From contig JACOZJ010000003.1 in assembly GCA_016181405.1 (NCBI GenBank), forward strand, positions 42,749 through 106,748: DNA of 64,000 nucleotides. The letters run 5' to 3'. This document shows, piece after piece, positions 26,015 through 39,629 of this stretch. The notes under the pieces were generated by a model. The model was given only the letters and a program-made list of their open reading frames with translations. It had not been told where the DNA came from and did not search any database. Source of the DNA: Candidatus Wildermuthbacteria bacterium. Its GTDB lineage: Bacteria > Patescibacteriota > Minisyncoccia > Minisyncoccales > UBA10102. Within the stretch, counting starts at the first letter, position 1. Each line of letters starts with the position of its first letter. A program made the position numbers and the translations under genes.

Positions 26015-26554
26015 ATGCGACCTTTCCGTAACGGTCTCGGGTTCCTGGCGGTTCTCGTGGTGCTCATGGCGACCATTGGCGGTGTGGCTTTGGCCAGCAC
26101 AATCGTCCCGGGCCACGACAAGGACCGGTACGATCAGGATGCGAACGGTTACCCCGACGCTGGCGTGAATAGCGTCGGGAAGTACACTTCCCTCTACGCG
26201 TATGACGCCAACGGCAATTGGTATTGGGACCTCGGCGACGGCCGCATCCAGGGTACCGTCGGATCCGTTGAGGATCTCGACCAAGCTACCCTTACGGCCT
26301 GCGAGTACCAGGTGGAGTACCGCGGGCAGTTTGGGAATGATCCCTACCTGGACAGCGGATGGATCAACAACGAAATCAACTGTGCCGGGTATGGCGACAA
26401 CGGGAACTACGTGTACGTAGTCGTTCACCAATCGGACCCTCGGTACGAGGGCAATCCCGAGTGGGCAATCTGGGGAACGTGGGAGTACCACGTCCTCACT
26501 ATCTCGGGCACGGGCAATCTGGCTCGGCCGGAGAACGCGGCCGGCGTACACTAG
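26015..26554 (+). CDS. Hypothetical secreted protein (signal peptide; Asn/Gly/Tyr/Asp-rich)
   Basis: GAGGAGG SD. MRPFRNGLGFLAVLVVLMATIGGVALAS is a signal-like N-terminus. A 10-bp stem terminator follows. Confidence 0.7.
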   Translation: MRPFRNGLGFLAVLVVLMATIGGVALASTIVPGHDKDRYDQDANGYPDAGVNSVGKYTSLYAYDANGNWYWDLGDGRIQGTVGSVEDLDQATLTACEYQVEYRGQFGNDPYLDSGWINNEINCAGYGDNGNYVYVVVHQSDPRYEGNPEWAIWGTWEYHVLTISGTGNLARPENAAGVH

Positions 26555-26768
26555 TACACAGTAGAAGTTGTTCGCAAACCTCAAGGCGGTCTTCAAAGCT
26601 TCGAAGACCGCCTCTTTCTTTAAAACAATCATCTGCGCAAGGGGGTTGTTAACGAAAGCTATGGCCCTGCTTTTTTTACGATTTTTTGATAATATAAATA
26701 TACTATGCTCCATTGCATTTGCACCGGGAAGGGTCATAATAGAAAAGAGAAGTAATAAATAAACATAT

Positions 26769-27362
26769 ATGAAAAATGTTCTTATAGTGGGGGCCGTTAT
26801 TGTTATCGTCGGCATAATAGCATTTGTAGTTTTCGGAAATCGTGGCGCAAATGGCAATCCTATGGTTACTTTAAAAACAAACAAGGGCGATATTACACTG
26901 GAACTCTTTATGGATAAAACGCCGATTACCGCCGGGAATTTCGTGAAATTAGCGAAAGAAGGATTCTACAACGGCACAAAGTTTCACCGAGTTATCGCGC
27001 AATTTATGATACAAGGCGGGGATCCAAATTCGAAAGGTACCGATCCATCCTTATATGGCACGGGCGGACCCAGATACACTATTCGAGATGAATTTGTGGA
27101 GAGTTTGTCGAATGTGCGGGGGACAATTTCTATGGCAAACACAGGAGCTCCAAATTCCGGCGGAAGCCAATTTTTCATCAACCTTGTGGATAATACCGGC
27201 CTCGATTTTAACAAAGAACCGCTCACAAGCCGACATCCCGTATTTGGCAAGGTAATTGCCGGAATGGATATCGTAGACGCAATCGCACAAGTTCAAACTG
27301 ATTCCCGTGATATTCCGGTAGATCCAGTAGTCATTACCGAGATAATCGTAAAAGAAAAATAA
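26769..27362 (+). CDS. Cyclophilin-type peptidyl-prolyl cis-trans isomerase with an N-terminal membrane anchor
   Basis: ...FHRVIAQFMIQGGDP...GTISMANTGAPNSGGSQFFIN... Confidence 0.9.
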   Translation: MKNVLIVGAVIVIVGIIAFVVFGNRGANGNPMVTLKTNKGDITLELFMDKTPITAGNFVKLAKEGFYNGTKFHRVIAQFMIQGGDPNSKGTDPSLYGTGGPRYTIRDEFVESLSNVRGTISMANTGAPNSGGSQFFINLVDNTGLDFNKEPLTSRHPVFGKVIAGMDIVDAIAQVQTDSRDIPVDPVVITEIIVKEK

Positions 27363-27395
27363 AGGTCGCCCATATAAAACATTTAAATTATATGT

Positions 27396-27854
27396 ATGAA
27401 TAAACTCCTTCTTATTTTAGGTATTGTAGTGGTCGCGGGAATTGGATGGTATCTGTGGAGCACAGGCGCGTTAACCCCATCTCCCGCGGAAACGCCGGGA
27501 AACACGGATCAAGAGGAAACAGTAAAGATTATGGTGGCTCTCGGAGCGCAAAACAATTCAGGTATGAGCGGTACTGCGACGCTCACGGAAGAAAACGGAA
27601 AAACAAAAGTTACGCTAAGTTTGAGCGGAGCTCCCCAAGGCGTAGCCCAGCCGGCACACATTCATATGAATTCTTGCGCGAATATCGGCGCAGTAAAATA
27701 TCCCTTAACGCCTCTCGTAAATGGAAACTCTGAAACTCTTGCTGATGTTTCACTGGCAGAATTGAAAGCGGGCTTGCCTTTGTCGATAAACGCACACAAA
27801 TCTGCTGAAGAAGTTAGCGTATATGTTGCGTGCGGCGATATTTTGATACCCTAA
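27396..27854 (+). CDS. Membrane-anchored or secreted protein, CHRD-like (weak call)
   Basis: N-terminal TM segment; ...GTATLTEENGKTKVTLSLSG...PAHIHMNSC... Confidence 0.45.
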   Translation: MNKLLLILGIVVVAGIGWYLWSTGALTPSPAETPGNTDQEETVKIMVALGAQNNSGMSGTATLTEENGKTKVTLSLSGAPQGVAQPAHIHMNSCANIGAVKYPLTPLVNGNSETLADVSLAELKAGLPLSINAHKSAEEVSVYVACGDILIP

Positions 27855-27866
27855 TAGCAGTAGTAT

Positions 27867-28367
27867 ATGAATATTCGCGTTTTCACTATTCTTGGCATAG
27901 GAGTTTTGTTTATTGGCGTGTTAATGTATATTCTTGCATTTTGGGAGGCGCCAAAAGAAGAGGCGACGGGAAGATTGGTAAAGCTTTTCTATTACAATCC
28001 GGAACTAGACAAAGATGAAAACGGAAATATCATGTGCAGCAGGCAAGGCCTTGTGACGGTTGAACGCGAGATCCCAACGAGCCAAACACCTATTCAAGAT
28101 ACGATTCGCCTTCTACTAAAAGGGGGGCTTACAGCGCAAGAAAAAAATTTGGGCATCTCAAGCGAATACCCGCTCGAGGGAGTTAGTTTGAAAGGAGCTT
28201 CACTAAACAACGGCGTATTGACGCTCGAATTTGAAGATCCCCAAAACAAAACCGGAGGCGGTTCCTGCCGTGTAGGTATTCTTTGGTTCCAGATTGAAGC
28301 TACGGCAAAACAATTTTCAGAAGTTCAACAAGTCCATTTCCTGCCCGAGGAGCTTTTCCAGCCGTAA
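27867..28367 (+). CDS. GerMN-domain-like membrane-anchored protein
   Basis: N-terminal TM segment; ...TPIQDTIRLLLKGGLT...GVLTLEFED... Confidence 0.55.
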   Translation: MNIRVFTILGIGVLFIGVLMYILAFWEAPKEEATGRLVKLFYYNPELDKDENGNIMCSRQGLVTVEREIPTSQTPIQDTIRLLLKGGLTAQEKNLGISSEYPLEGVSLKGASLNNGVLTLEFEDPQNKTGGGSCRVGILWFQIEATAKQFSEVQQVHFLPEELFQP

Positions 28368-28370
28368 AAT

Positions 28371-28976
28371 TTATTCGATAAGCGGGACGAACGTGAAACC
28401 GGGGAATTTTTGAATATCCGTTTTGGTTTCTGAAATTTTGCGCACCCGAAGTATATCTTCTCTTACAGGGATTACTAAAATTCCACCAATTTTCAGCTGT
28501 TGCACCAATTCTTTTGGCAGTGAACTCGCAGTCGCTGAAGCTAAAATTTTGTCGAATGGCGCTTTTTTTGGCATGCCGAGTTTTTTGTGTGCCTGCACTA
28601 TTCGCGCTTGCGGAAGCCGATACTTTGCCAAATTTCGTTGCCCAAATGCCACAAGTTCTGGGATAATTTCTGTTCCATATACATGACCCTTTGAACCCAC
28701 AATGTGGGCCAAAAGGGCCGTTGTCCAGCCGGATCCTGATCCCACATCCAGAATCTTTTCTCCGGATTTTGGTTGGAGCAATTCAAGCATGAATGCTACG
28801 GTATATGGCTGTGATATGGTCTGTCCCGAACTAATGGGAAGGGGATAGTCTTCATACGCGGCATCTCGATATTCGGGTAAAACAAAATCTTTTCTATCAA
28901 TTGCGCCAAATGCCGCGATAATATTTGGTTCCTTGAGCACTCCGACATCTCTAAGATGTTGTATGAGTTTATCCAT
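28371..28976 (-). CDS. pcm: Protein-L-isoaspartate O-methyltransferase
   Basis: ...ISSGQTISQPYTVAFMLELL...ILDVGSGSGWTTALLA... Confidence 0.88.
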   Translation of the reverse strand: MDKLIQHLRDVGVLKEPNIIAAFGAIDRKDFVLPEYRDAAYEDYPLPISSGQTISQPYTVAFMLELLQPKSGEKILDVGSGSGWTTALLAHIVGSKGHVYGTEIIPELVAFGQRNLAKYRLPQARIVQAHKKLGMPKKAPFDKILASATASSLPKELVQQLKIGGILVIPVREDILRVRKISETKTDIQKFPGFTFVPLIE

Positions 28977-29103
28977 TACTCTATACAAACATGTATACCT
29001 CACCCATTCAAGCGTACGCGTGTGTGGACAGAGTACGCTCTACGTGATATGACACGAATAGTTCCCGCCGAAAATCGAATACTGGAAAGAAAGCGAGAGA
29101 GTA

Positions 29104-29820
29104 ATGAACGCGAAAAAGCTGAAGATTATGGCGTTCGCTTGGAGCGTGGGGATCTTTGGACGCCTCGCCGTTCTCGTTCTTCAAGCACTGGGGATAGTGC
29201 GCGTCGAGGGCATACGGAATCTCCGGGCGCTTCTCGCCCGGGATGAAGGTTTCCTGGTGATCCACCGGCACCCCTCCATGCGGGAAACAGTGATGATCCC
29301 GCTTCTATTCGTTCCATGGGCGCTCTGGAACTGGAAGAGAGTTCCAGTAGTCACCCCTGATAAACATAACTACTACGATCCCTGGTGGTGCGCGTCTCTG
29401 CGGCCACTCGCAATTCCCGTGCTAAGGGAGAATCACGACGTAATGCGCGGTGCCGCTTTGAAAATGCGGCGCGCGCTGCTTGCGGGCAGACCGCTCGTTC
29501 TCGCGCCTGAAGGCGGCAGGACCTTCAAGGGTGAAAACTTCAAATACCTAACTTCCGCCGACCAGGTGTACACCTGCGGACGACCGGAAGCAGGAGTAGA
29601 TCTCTCGCAGTGTGTCATCCGGCGCTTCCAACCGAAGGTTGGCGAACTGTGCGGCAACGGAAAGATCCGCATTACCGTGTTGCCCGTATGGGTCGATTCG
29701 AAAGGGTGGCACACAACGATTATATTCGGCAAGCCCACGACACTTCCCCTAAACACACTGGACAAAACAGAGGCACTGGAGAATTTACTTCTCCACACTT
29801 CCAGGCAACGTTCTCGATAG
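29104..29820 (+). CDS. Putative lysophospholipid (PlsC-family) acyltransferase
   Basis: ...VIHRHPSMRET... and ...LAPEGGRTF... resemble acyltransferase blocks I and III. Composition is G+C-rich by eye. Confidence 0.5.
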   Translation: MNAKKLKIMAFAWSVGIFGRLAVLVLQALGIVRVEGIRNLRALLARDEGFLVIHRHPSMRETVMIPLLFVPWALWNWKRVPVVTPDKHNYYDPWWCASLRPLAIPVLRENHDVMRGAALKMRRALLAGRPLVLAPEGGRTFKGENFKYLTSADQVYTCGRPEAGVDLSQCVIRRFQPKVGELCGNGKIRITVLPVWVDSKGWHTTIIFGKPTTLPLNTLDKTEALENLLLHTSRQRSR

Positions 29821-29930
29821 CCACAAACGGCGCAGGGCCACCCTGCGCTTTTCTATTGTTTAAATGGAAATGGGGGATTGTTTTTTGCTTTATTTTCAGG
29901 TATAATAAAACAACTGTGGAATACTTGAAT

Positions 29931-30950
29931 ATGGCAATTTCTCCGCTTAAAAACAGTGCTTTGGAAGCTATTAAAAGAGCTCAAAATCTTGCAGAGCTCG
30001 AGGCCTCGTATAAAGCGTATTTGGGCAAAAAGGGGGAGTTAACCCTTATTTTGCGTTCGCTTGCGAATTTGAGCGAAACAGAACGTAAGGCCCAAGGAAA
30101 AGAGGCAAACGACTTGCGGGATTTACTTGAAAAACGCTTTGCTGAAAGAAAAAAGGAAGTTCAGCGAGAAGAAATCGTAATCCAAGAAAAACTCGCCATC
30201 CGCGAGCATGTCGATGTTACTGCCCCGGGCAAACGACTTCCCAAAGGCCATCTGCACCCACTTACGCTCGTGCAAAAGAAAGCAGAGGAGATTTTCCAGT
30301 CGATGGGATTTGCTATAGCCCAAGGCCCGGAAATTGAAACCGAATGGTACAATTTCGACGCTCTCAACATTCCCGCAAACCATCCAGCTCGCGATATGTG
30401 GGACACGTTTTGGCTCAAACCAAAAAATGCAGGGTATCTTCTGCGCACGCATACGAGCCCCGTGCAGATTCGATACATGGAGAAGCATAATCCGCCGTTG
30501 AGAATTATCGCGCCGGGCCGCATTTTCCGATATGAAGCAACGGATGCAAGCCATGAATTCAACTTTTATCAGCTCGAAGGACTCATGGTAGGGAAAGAAG
30601 TTTCGGTTGCAAACTTCAAAGCCATCATCCAAGAATTTTACCGCCAGTTTTTTGACAAACCCGTATCCATACGCTTGCGCCCAAGTTACTTTCCGTTTAC
30701 CGAACCTTCGTTTGAAGTTGATATGCGCTGGGGCAAAGGCTCGCCTCGCGGCGAAGCGGGAAAATGGCTAGAAATGATGGGAGCCGGCATTGTGCACCCC
30801 AACGTATTTCGAGCAGTTGGATATATCCCAGCAGAATGGCGCGGTTTCGCGTTTGGAATGGGGCTGGATAGATTAGCAATGATGAAATACCAGATACCGG
30901 ACATACGGTTATTATATTCAGGGGATTTACGATTCCTCCAGCAATTTTAG
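29931..30950 (+). CDS. pheS: Phenylalanyl-tRNA synthetase alpha subunit
   Basis: ...HPLTLVQKKAEEIFQSMGF...HPARDMWDTFW...FRYEATDASHEFNFYQLEG... ATG at 29931 inside the longer track ORF. Confidence 0.93.
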   Translation: MAISPLKNSALEAIKRAQNLAELEASYKAYLGKKGELTLILRSLANLSETERKAQGKEANDLRDLLEKRFAERKKEVQREEIVIQEKLAIREHVDVTAPGKRLPKGHLHPLTLVQKKAEEIFQSMGFAIAQGPEIETEWYNFDALNIPANHPARDMWDTFWLKPKNAGYLLRTHTSPVQIRYMEKHNPPLRIIAPGRIFRYEATDASHEFNFYQLEGLMVGKEVSVANFKAIIQEFYRQFFDKPVSIRLRPSYFPFTEPSFEVDMRWGKGSPRGEAGKWLEMMGAGIVHPNVFRAVGYIPAEWRGFAFGMGLDRLAMMKYQIPDIRLLYSGDLRFLQQF

Positions 30951-30951
30951 T

Positions 30952-35075
<4,124 letters not shown>

Positions 35076-35144
35076 ACTGTAATTTGGTATCTTGGAGGCA
35101 CTGATAAAAGAGGCCTCCCAAGGCCTTTTTAAAAACCATTTATC

Positions 35145-35354
35145 ATGAAAATTGTGAATCCGTTAAAGCAATTACCTGGAGCCCTCAATTTTTTACGGGA
35201 AGTAAAAACCGAAGGGATGCGGGTAAACTGGCCCACTCGGGAAAAAACAATCAAAGACACCCTTATCGTTATCGGGTTTGCCGTCGCAGTTGCCGTGTTT
35301 TTAAGTATATCTGACTATATCTTTCAATCTATACTAGATAGATTTCTCTTGTAA
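35145..35354 (+). CDS. secE: Preprotein translocase subunit SecE
   Basis: 69 aa, C-terminal TM helix, ...REVKTEGMRVNWPTREKT..., directly upstream of nusG. Confidence 0.85.
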   Translation: MKIVNPLKQLPGALNFLREVKTEGMRVNWPTREKTIKDTLIVIGFAVAVAVFLSISDYIFQSILDRFLL

Positions 35355-35356
35355 TC

Positions 35357-35902
35357 ATGCCTAAACAACAGACCGCAGGGGAGCGTAACTGGTACGTAAT
35401 CCACACATATTCCGGATACGAAGACGCCGTCGCGCGAAATCTCAAACAAAGAATTGAGTCTTTGGACATGAGCGACAAAATTTTCAACGTGATGGTTCCA
35501 AAGGAAAAAAAGATTAAAATCAAAAATAGCAAGCGCAAAATCGTGGAAGAAAAAATCTATCCAGGATACGTACTCGTAGAAATGGTAGTTACCGATGACT
35601 CCTGGTATGTAGTAAGGAATACTCCGAATGTAACAGGATTTGTAGGCTCTGGCACCGTTCCTATTCCGGTTTCCCAAGAAGAAATTCAATACCTGCAAAA
35701 ACGCATGGGCGTGGAATCTCCGGAGTACGAAATCGTGGTAGCGCCGGGCGACAATGTAAAAATCATCGATGGCCCATTCAAGGATTTCGATGGAAGGGTT
35801 GCGGAAACGGACAAAGAACGTGGCAAGATAAAGGTTTTGGTAAATATGTTTGGCAGAGATACACCCGTCGAGTTAGATTCATTGCAGATCCAAAAATTAT
35901 AA
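35357..35902 (+). CDS. nusG: Transcription termination/antitermination factor NusG
   Basis: ...WYVIHTYSGYEDAV...PGYVLVEM...GDNVKIIDGPFKDFDGRV (KOW). Confidence 0.93.
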   Translation: MPKQQTAGERNWYVIHTYSGYEDAVARNLKQRIESLDMSDKIFNVMVPKEKKIKIKNSKRKIVEEKIYPGYVLVEMVVTDDSWYVVRNTPNVTGFVGSGTVPIPVSQEEIQYLQKRMGVESPEYEIVVAPGDNVKIIDGPFKDFDGRVAETDKERGKIKVLVNMFGRDTPVELDSLQIQKL

Positions 35903-35908
35903 ACAACC

Positions 35909-36331
35909 ATGGCAAAGAAAATTAAGGCAGTCGTAAAACTTCATATCCCGGCAGGCCAAGCCACTCCTGCCCCTCCGGTGGGCCCAGCTTTGGCTCAGCA
36001 CGGCGTGAACATCGGGGAGTTCACGAGACAGTTCAACGAAGCAACCAAAGACAAACAGGGATTCAAACTTCCCTGTGACATTATTGTGTATGAAGACCGG
36101 ACTTTTACGTTCAAGCTTCATCAGCCGCCGGCATCCGCGCTTATCAAAAAAGCTATAGGCGTAGAGAAAGGTTCCGGCACTCCTAACAAGCAAACTGTGG
36201 GCACAATAACCAAAGCCCAGCTCAAAGAAGTAGCGGAGAAAAAAATGAGCGATCTGAACACGAAAGACGTAGAAAGCGCAATGAGGATTGTCGGAGGCAC
36301 CGCCAAAAGCATGGGTATTAAGGTAGAGTGA
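35909..36331 (+). CDS. rplK: 50S ribosomal protein L11
   Basis: [38 protein letters not shown]... Confidence 0.95.
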   Translation: MAKKIKAVVKLHIPAGQATPAPPVGPALAQHGVNIGEFTRQFNEATKDKQGFKLPCDIIVYEDRTFTFKLHQPPASALIKKAIGVEKGSGTPNKQTVGTITKAQLKEVAEKKMSDLNTKDVESAMRIVGGTAKSMGIKVE

Positions 36332-36356
36332 CGCCAATCAACAGGATACTCAAAGA

Positions 36357-36390
36357 AAATCCCCTGTACTACAGGGGATTTTCTTTTATG
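36357..36390 (+). terminator. Intrinsic terminator aaaatcccctgt-act-acaggggatttt plus TCTTTT
   Basis: Perfect 12-bp stem plus T-run read directly from the sequence. Confidence 0.75.
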
Positions 36391-36452
36391 TTTGTTTCTG
36401 AAGGCATTTTATGGTATAGAGTACTCAGAATTCAGTACGGAAAGGAGGCGCG

Positions 36453-37268
36453 ATGAGCATCCTCGTGAACACCATATTCCTCAACGTGGCAGGAGGCAAG
36501 TGGTTCGAGGAGCTCCTCGAGTTCCTCAAGCAGTACATCGAAGTCACCGATCTTTTCTGCTTCCAGGAAGTGCTCGACAGCGTTGGTGAGCAAAAATGGT
36601 CAAAAAGCAATTGGGATGCGGCCCGGGTGAGATCAAGCCTTTGGAACGACTTACGAAAGCAACTTCCAGGGTATTGGTCCATCTTTACTCCGTATTCTCG
36701 GCTCCCGTACGAAATGCAGCATACGAATATGCTAAGCATTGGCAACGCCATCTTTGCGCGCGAGCAAACCTTGCGCGTTGTGGCGTCATGGGATGCCATG
36801 ATTTATCGAACTCGGAATTCCTTTGACGGAAAAGATCTGCTTACTCTTCCGCGCAACATACTCGGCGCCGAACTGGAAACGCGGGAGGGTACGAAATTCA
36901 CCGTGTTCAACGTACACGGCCTCTGGCATCCCGATGGGAAGGAGGATAACTCCCTTCGCACCGCCCAAGCCAGACGGATTGTCGAAGAGATTAGTCGCTG
37001 CCAAGGGCCGAAAATCCTTGGAGGTGACTTTAATGGATTCCCCAACAGCCAGTGGGCAGAAATCATTGAACAGTCGGGAATGATCAACCTGGTGCGGTTA
37101 AACGGCATCACGAGTACCCGCAGTAAGCATTACCCACGAGGAGTGACGAGAGGTAAGCACGCCGATAACGTGTTCATCTCTCGGGAAATACCCCTCGCAG
37201 GATTTCAAGTGCTCCAAGGAGTGGCGGTATCCGACCACCTACCCCTTAGAGTACATTATTATGTTTAA
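36453..37268 (+). CDS. Endonuclease/exonuclease/phosphatase (EEP) family protein
   Basis: ...FCFQEV...ILGGDFNGFPNS...VSDHLPLRV...; G+C-richer than its neighbours by eye. Confidence 0.75.
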   Translation: MSILVNTIFLNVAGGKWFEELLEFLKQYIEVTDLFCFQEVLDSVGEQKWSKSNWDAARVRSSLWNDLRKQLPGYWSIFTPYSRLPYEMQHTNMLSIGNAIFAREQTLRVVASWDAMIYRTRNSFDGKDLLTLPRNILGAELETREGTKFTVFNVHGLWHPDGKEDNSLRTAQARRIVEEISRCQGPKILGGDFNGFPNSQWAEIIEQSGMINLVRLNGITSTRSKHYPRGVTRGKHADNVFISREIPLAGFQVLQGVAVSDHLPLRVHYYV

Positions 37269-37361
37269 CCTCGGAGCCCACCACGTGGCAAACTCCGGGG
37301 TTTTTCTTTTCGTGTACAGCGAATTTGCTTCTCACTCTCTCTTTTTGTATAATGGCAACGT

Positions 37362-37787
37362 ATGAAACTTCGGATCCAACGGCTAAACTTGGATGCAAAA
37401 ATTCCAATTTCACCCTATAGAGGAGATGCAGGGATGGACGTGTTCTCTGTTGAAGAGGTTGATATCCCAGCTGGCGAAAAAATTGCCGTGAAAACCGGGC
37501 TTAAGTTAGCAATCCCCGAAGGATACGCGGGTTTTGTGTGGGATAAATCCGGCCTCGCGCTCAAACATCACCTAAAAACCATGGCCGGTGTGATTGATTC
37601 TAACTATCGGGGTGAACTTATGATTGTGCTTACCAATCTGGGGAAAAAACCTTATCATGTTGAAAAAGGATCAAAAATCGCGCAGCTTGTTATAACCCCT
37701 GTGGCCAGCCCGGAAATTGAAGAGGGCATAGTCGCAGACGATACCGAACGGGGAACCGCAGGCTTTGGAAGCTCAGGAACCGTATAA
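37362..37787 (+). CDS. dut: dUTP diphosphatase
   Basis: ...PYRGDAGMDVFS...GVIDSNYRGEL...ERGTAGFGSSG. Confidence 0.92.
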   Translation: MKLRIQRLNLDAKIPISPYRGDAGMDVFSVEEVDIPAGEKIAVKTGLKLAIPEGYAGFVWDKSGLALKHHLKTMAGVIDSNYRGELMIVLTNLGKKPYHVEKGSKIAQLVITPVASPEIEEGIVADDTERGTAGFGSSGTV

Positions 37788-37798
37788 TACATATATTT

Positions 37799-38296
37799 AT
37801 GGAAAACAACATTCAAGAGCATATTCCGCGGCCGACTTGGGATGAATACTTTATGATGCTTACCAAGCTTGTGGCAGTCATGGCCACATGCCCAAAACGC
37901 AGAGTCGGGGCGGTTATTGTAAAGAACAAACGTATCCTCACGACAGGGTTCAATGGCGCTCCGCCGGGAATGCCTCACTGTACCGAAGCCGGCTGCCTTG
38001 TTTTTGAAGGAGAGGGGAGCTCGTGCCGCCGCGTGCTGCACGCGGAACAAAACGCGGTACTGCAGGATTCCCGAAATCTGGAAGGCGCCACTCTCTATAC
38101 AACATTTCTTCCCTGTGTGGACTGTATGAAAGAAATCGTAACCGCAAAAATCGCGGAGGTTGTATATGAAGAGGAGTATCCAGGTACCAAACCACGCTAT
38201 ACGTATGCCAAAGAATTCGCGCAAACTACGCCGGTACGCCTTCGAAAAATACCTCCTGTCGATATTATGCGCGTCCTCGCTAGATACTATTCATAG
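37799..38296 (+). CDS. Deoxycytidylate (dCMP) deaminase
   Basis: ...CPKRRVGAVIV...HAEQNAVL...PCVDCMKEI (CDA zinc motifs). Confidence 0.88.
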   Translation: MENNIQEHIPRPTWDEYFMMLTKLVAVMATCPKRRVGAVIVKNKRILTTGFNGAPPGMPHCTEAGCLVFEGEGSSCRRVLHAEQNAVLQDSRNLEGATLYTTFLPCVDCMKEIVTAKIAEVVYEEEYPGTKPRYTYAKEFAQTTPVRLRKIPPVDIMRVLARYYS

Positions 38297-38302
38297 CATT
38301 CG

Positions 38303-39124
38303 ATGAAAATTTATCTCGATTTACTTCAAGATGTTCTGGAAAACGGGGTGGATAAGTCAAACCGTACCGGCATCGATCAACGCACCGTGTTCGGCCGCCA
38401 GATGCGTTTCAATATGGCGGACGGTTTCCCGGCAATTACCACGAAAAAACTCGCGTTCAACGCGGTAAAAGCAGAACTGTTGTGGTTTTTGAGCGGAAGC
38501 TCCGACGTAAAAGCTCTCCAAAAACTCGGTTGTCATATTTGGGATGCGAACGCGCAAGCTGATTACTGGAAACCAAAAGCCCGTTTTGAAGGTGATCTTG
38601 GCCGGGTATACGGCGTCCAGTGGCGATCGTGGAATGCTCCGGGCGGGAAAACTATTGATCAGATAAAAAACGTTATCGAAAAAATCAAAACGAATCCCAC
38701 CGATCGGCGACTCCTTGTGAGCGCGTGGAATCCCGGCGAACTCGACCAAATGGCACTTCCTCCCTGCCATGTATTTTTTCAATTTTTTGTGAGCGAAGGC
38801 GCGCTTTCTTTGCAAATGTATCAGCGAAGCTGCGATATGTTTTTGGGCGTTCCATTCAATATCGCGTCCTACGCGCTTTTACTCCATATGGTAGCCCAGG
38901 TTACCAATTTAAAACCCGGCGAATTTATTCACATTCTTGGTGATACCCATATTTATCACAACCATTTTGACCAGGTAAAAGAACAGCTCAAAAGAGTCCC
39001 TTATCCCTTGCCAACACTTTCGCTCAATCCCCAAGTGAAAGATATTGACGCCTTTGGCATGGACGATATCCAACTGCAGAATTACCAGCATCATCCTGCC
39101 TTAAAGGCGGAAATGGCAGTATAA
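38303..39124 (+). CDS. thyA: Thymidylate synthase (ThyA type)
   Basis: MKIYLDLLQDVLENGVDKSNRTG...LPPCHVFFQFFV... Confidence 0.95.
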   Translation: MKIYLDLLQDVLENGVDKSNRTGIDQRTVFGRQMRFNMADGFPAITTKKLAFNAVKAELLWFLSGSSDVKALQKLGCHIWDANAQADYWKPKARFEGDLGRVYGVQWRSWNAPGGKTIDQIKNVIEKIKTNPTDRRLLVSAWNPGELDQMALPPCHVFFQFFVSEGALSLQMYQRSCDMFLGVPFNIASYALLLHMVAQVTNLKPGEFIHILGDTHIYHNHFDQVKEQLKRVPYPLPTLSLNPQVKDIDAFGMDDIQLQNYQHHPALKAEMAV

Positions 39125-39128
39125 ACTC

Positions 39129-39626
39129 ATGACAGTATTTCTTATTGCGGCGCTTACGGCCGATGGGTTTATCGCGCGAGACCCCACCCATACCCCCATG
39201 AGCTGGACAAGCAAAGAAGACAAGCAATTCTTCACCCAGCGCACAAAAGAAGCGAGAGTCGTGGTAATGGGGCTGAATACGTATAAAACCATTGGGAAGC
39301 CCCTTCCCGGGCGCCAAAACATCGTTTATGCGCCCCCTGGGACGCTCCTTGAGGGAGTCCAAATTACTCAAGACGACCCAAAAACTCTTATTTCGAAACT
39401 TTCAGGTGAAGGGTTTCAGGAGGTGGCTATTTGTGGCGGCGCTACGATTTATACAATGTTTATGGAAGCCGGCGTTATAGACAAACTGTATCTTACATTG
39501 GAACCAATACTTTTCGGATCAGGAATCCATTTATTCAATAAAGAACTTCAGGTAAATCTCAAACTCGAGTCAACAAAAAATCTTTCTGAAACCACGGTGT
39601 TATTGGAATACTCCGTGCAAAAATAG
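39129..39626 (+). CDS. folA: Dihydrofolate reductase family protein (RibD_C-like)
   Basis: ...IAALTADGFIA...VVMGLNTYKTIGKPLPGRQNIV...; located between thyA and tmk. Confidence 0.7.
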   Translation: MTVFLIAALTADGFIARDPTHTPMSWTSKEDKQFFTQRTKEARVVVMGLNTYKTIGKPLPGRQNIVYAPPGTLLEGVQITQDDPKTLISKLSGEGFQEVAICGGATIYTMFMEAGVIDKLYLTLEPILFGSGIHLFNKELQVNLKLESTKNLSETTVLLEYSVQK

Positions 39627-39629
39627 ACC

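Noticed and set aside
26015-26554. Diversity-generating retroelement target (Asn/Tyr/Gly-rich secreted protein)
   Set aside because: No reverse transcriptase gene is present. I could not find a template-repeat copy of any part of the gene in the window.
25964-26884. 306-aa ORF on the minus strand
   Set aside because: It runs antisense through the SD- and promoter-supported secreted-protein gene (26015-26554), its terminator and the start of the PPIase gene. It is a shadow ORF of G+C-rich sequence.
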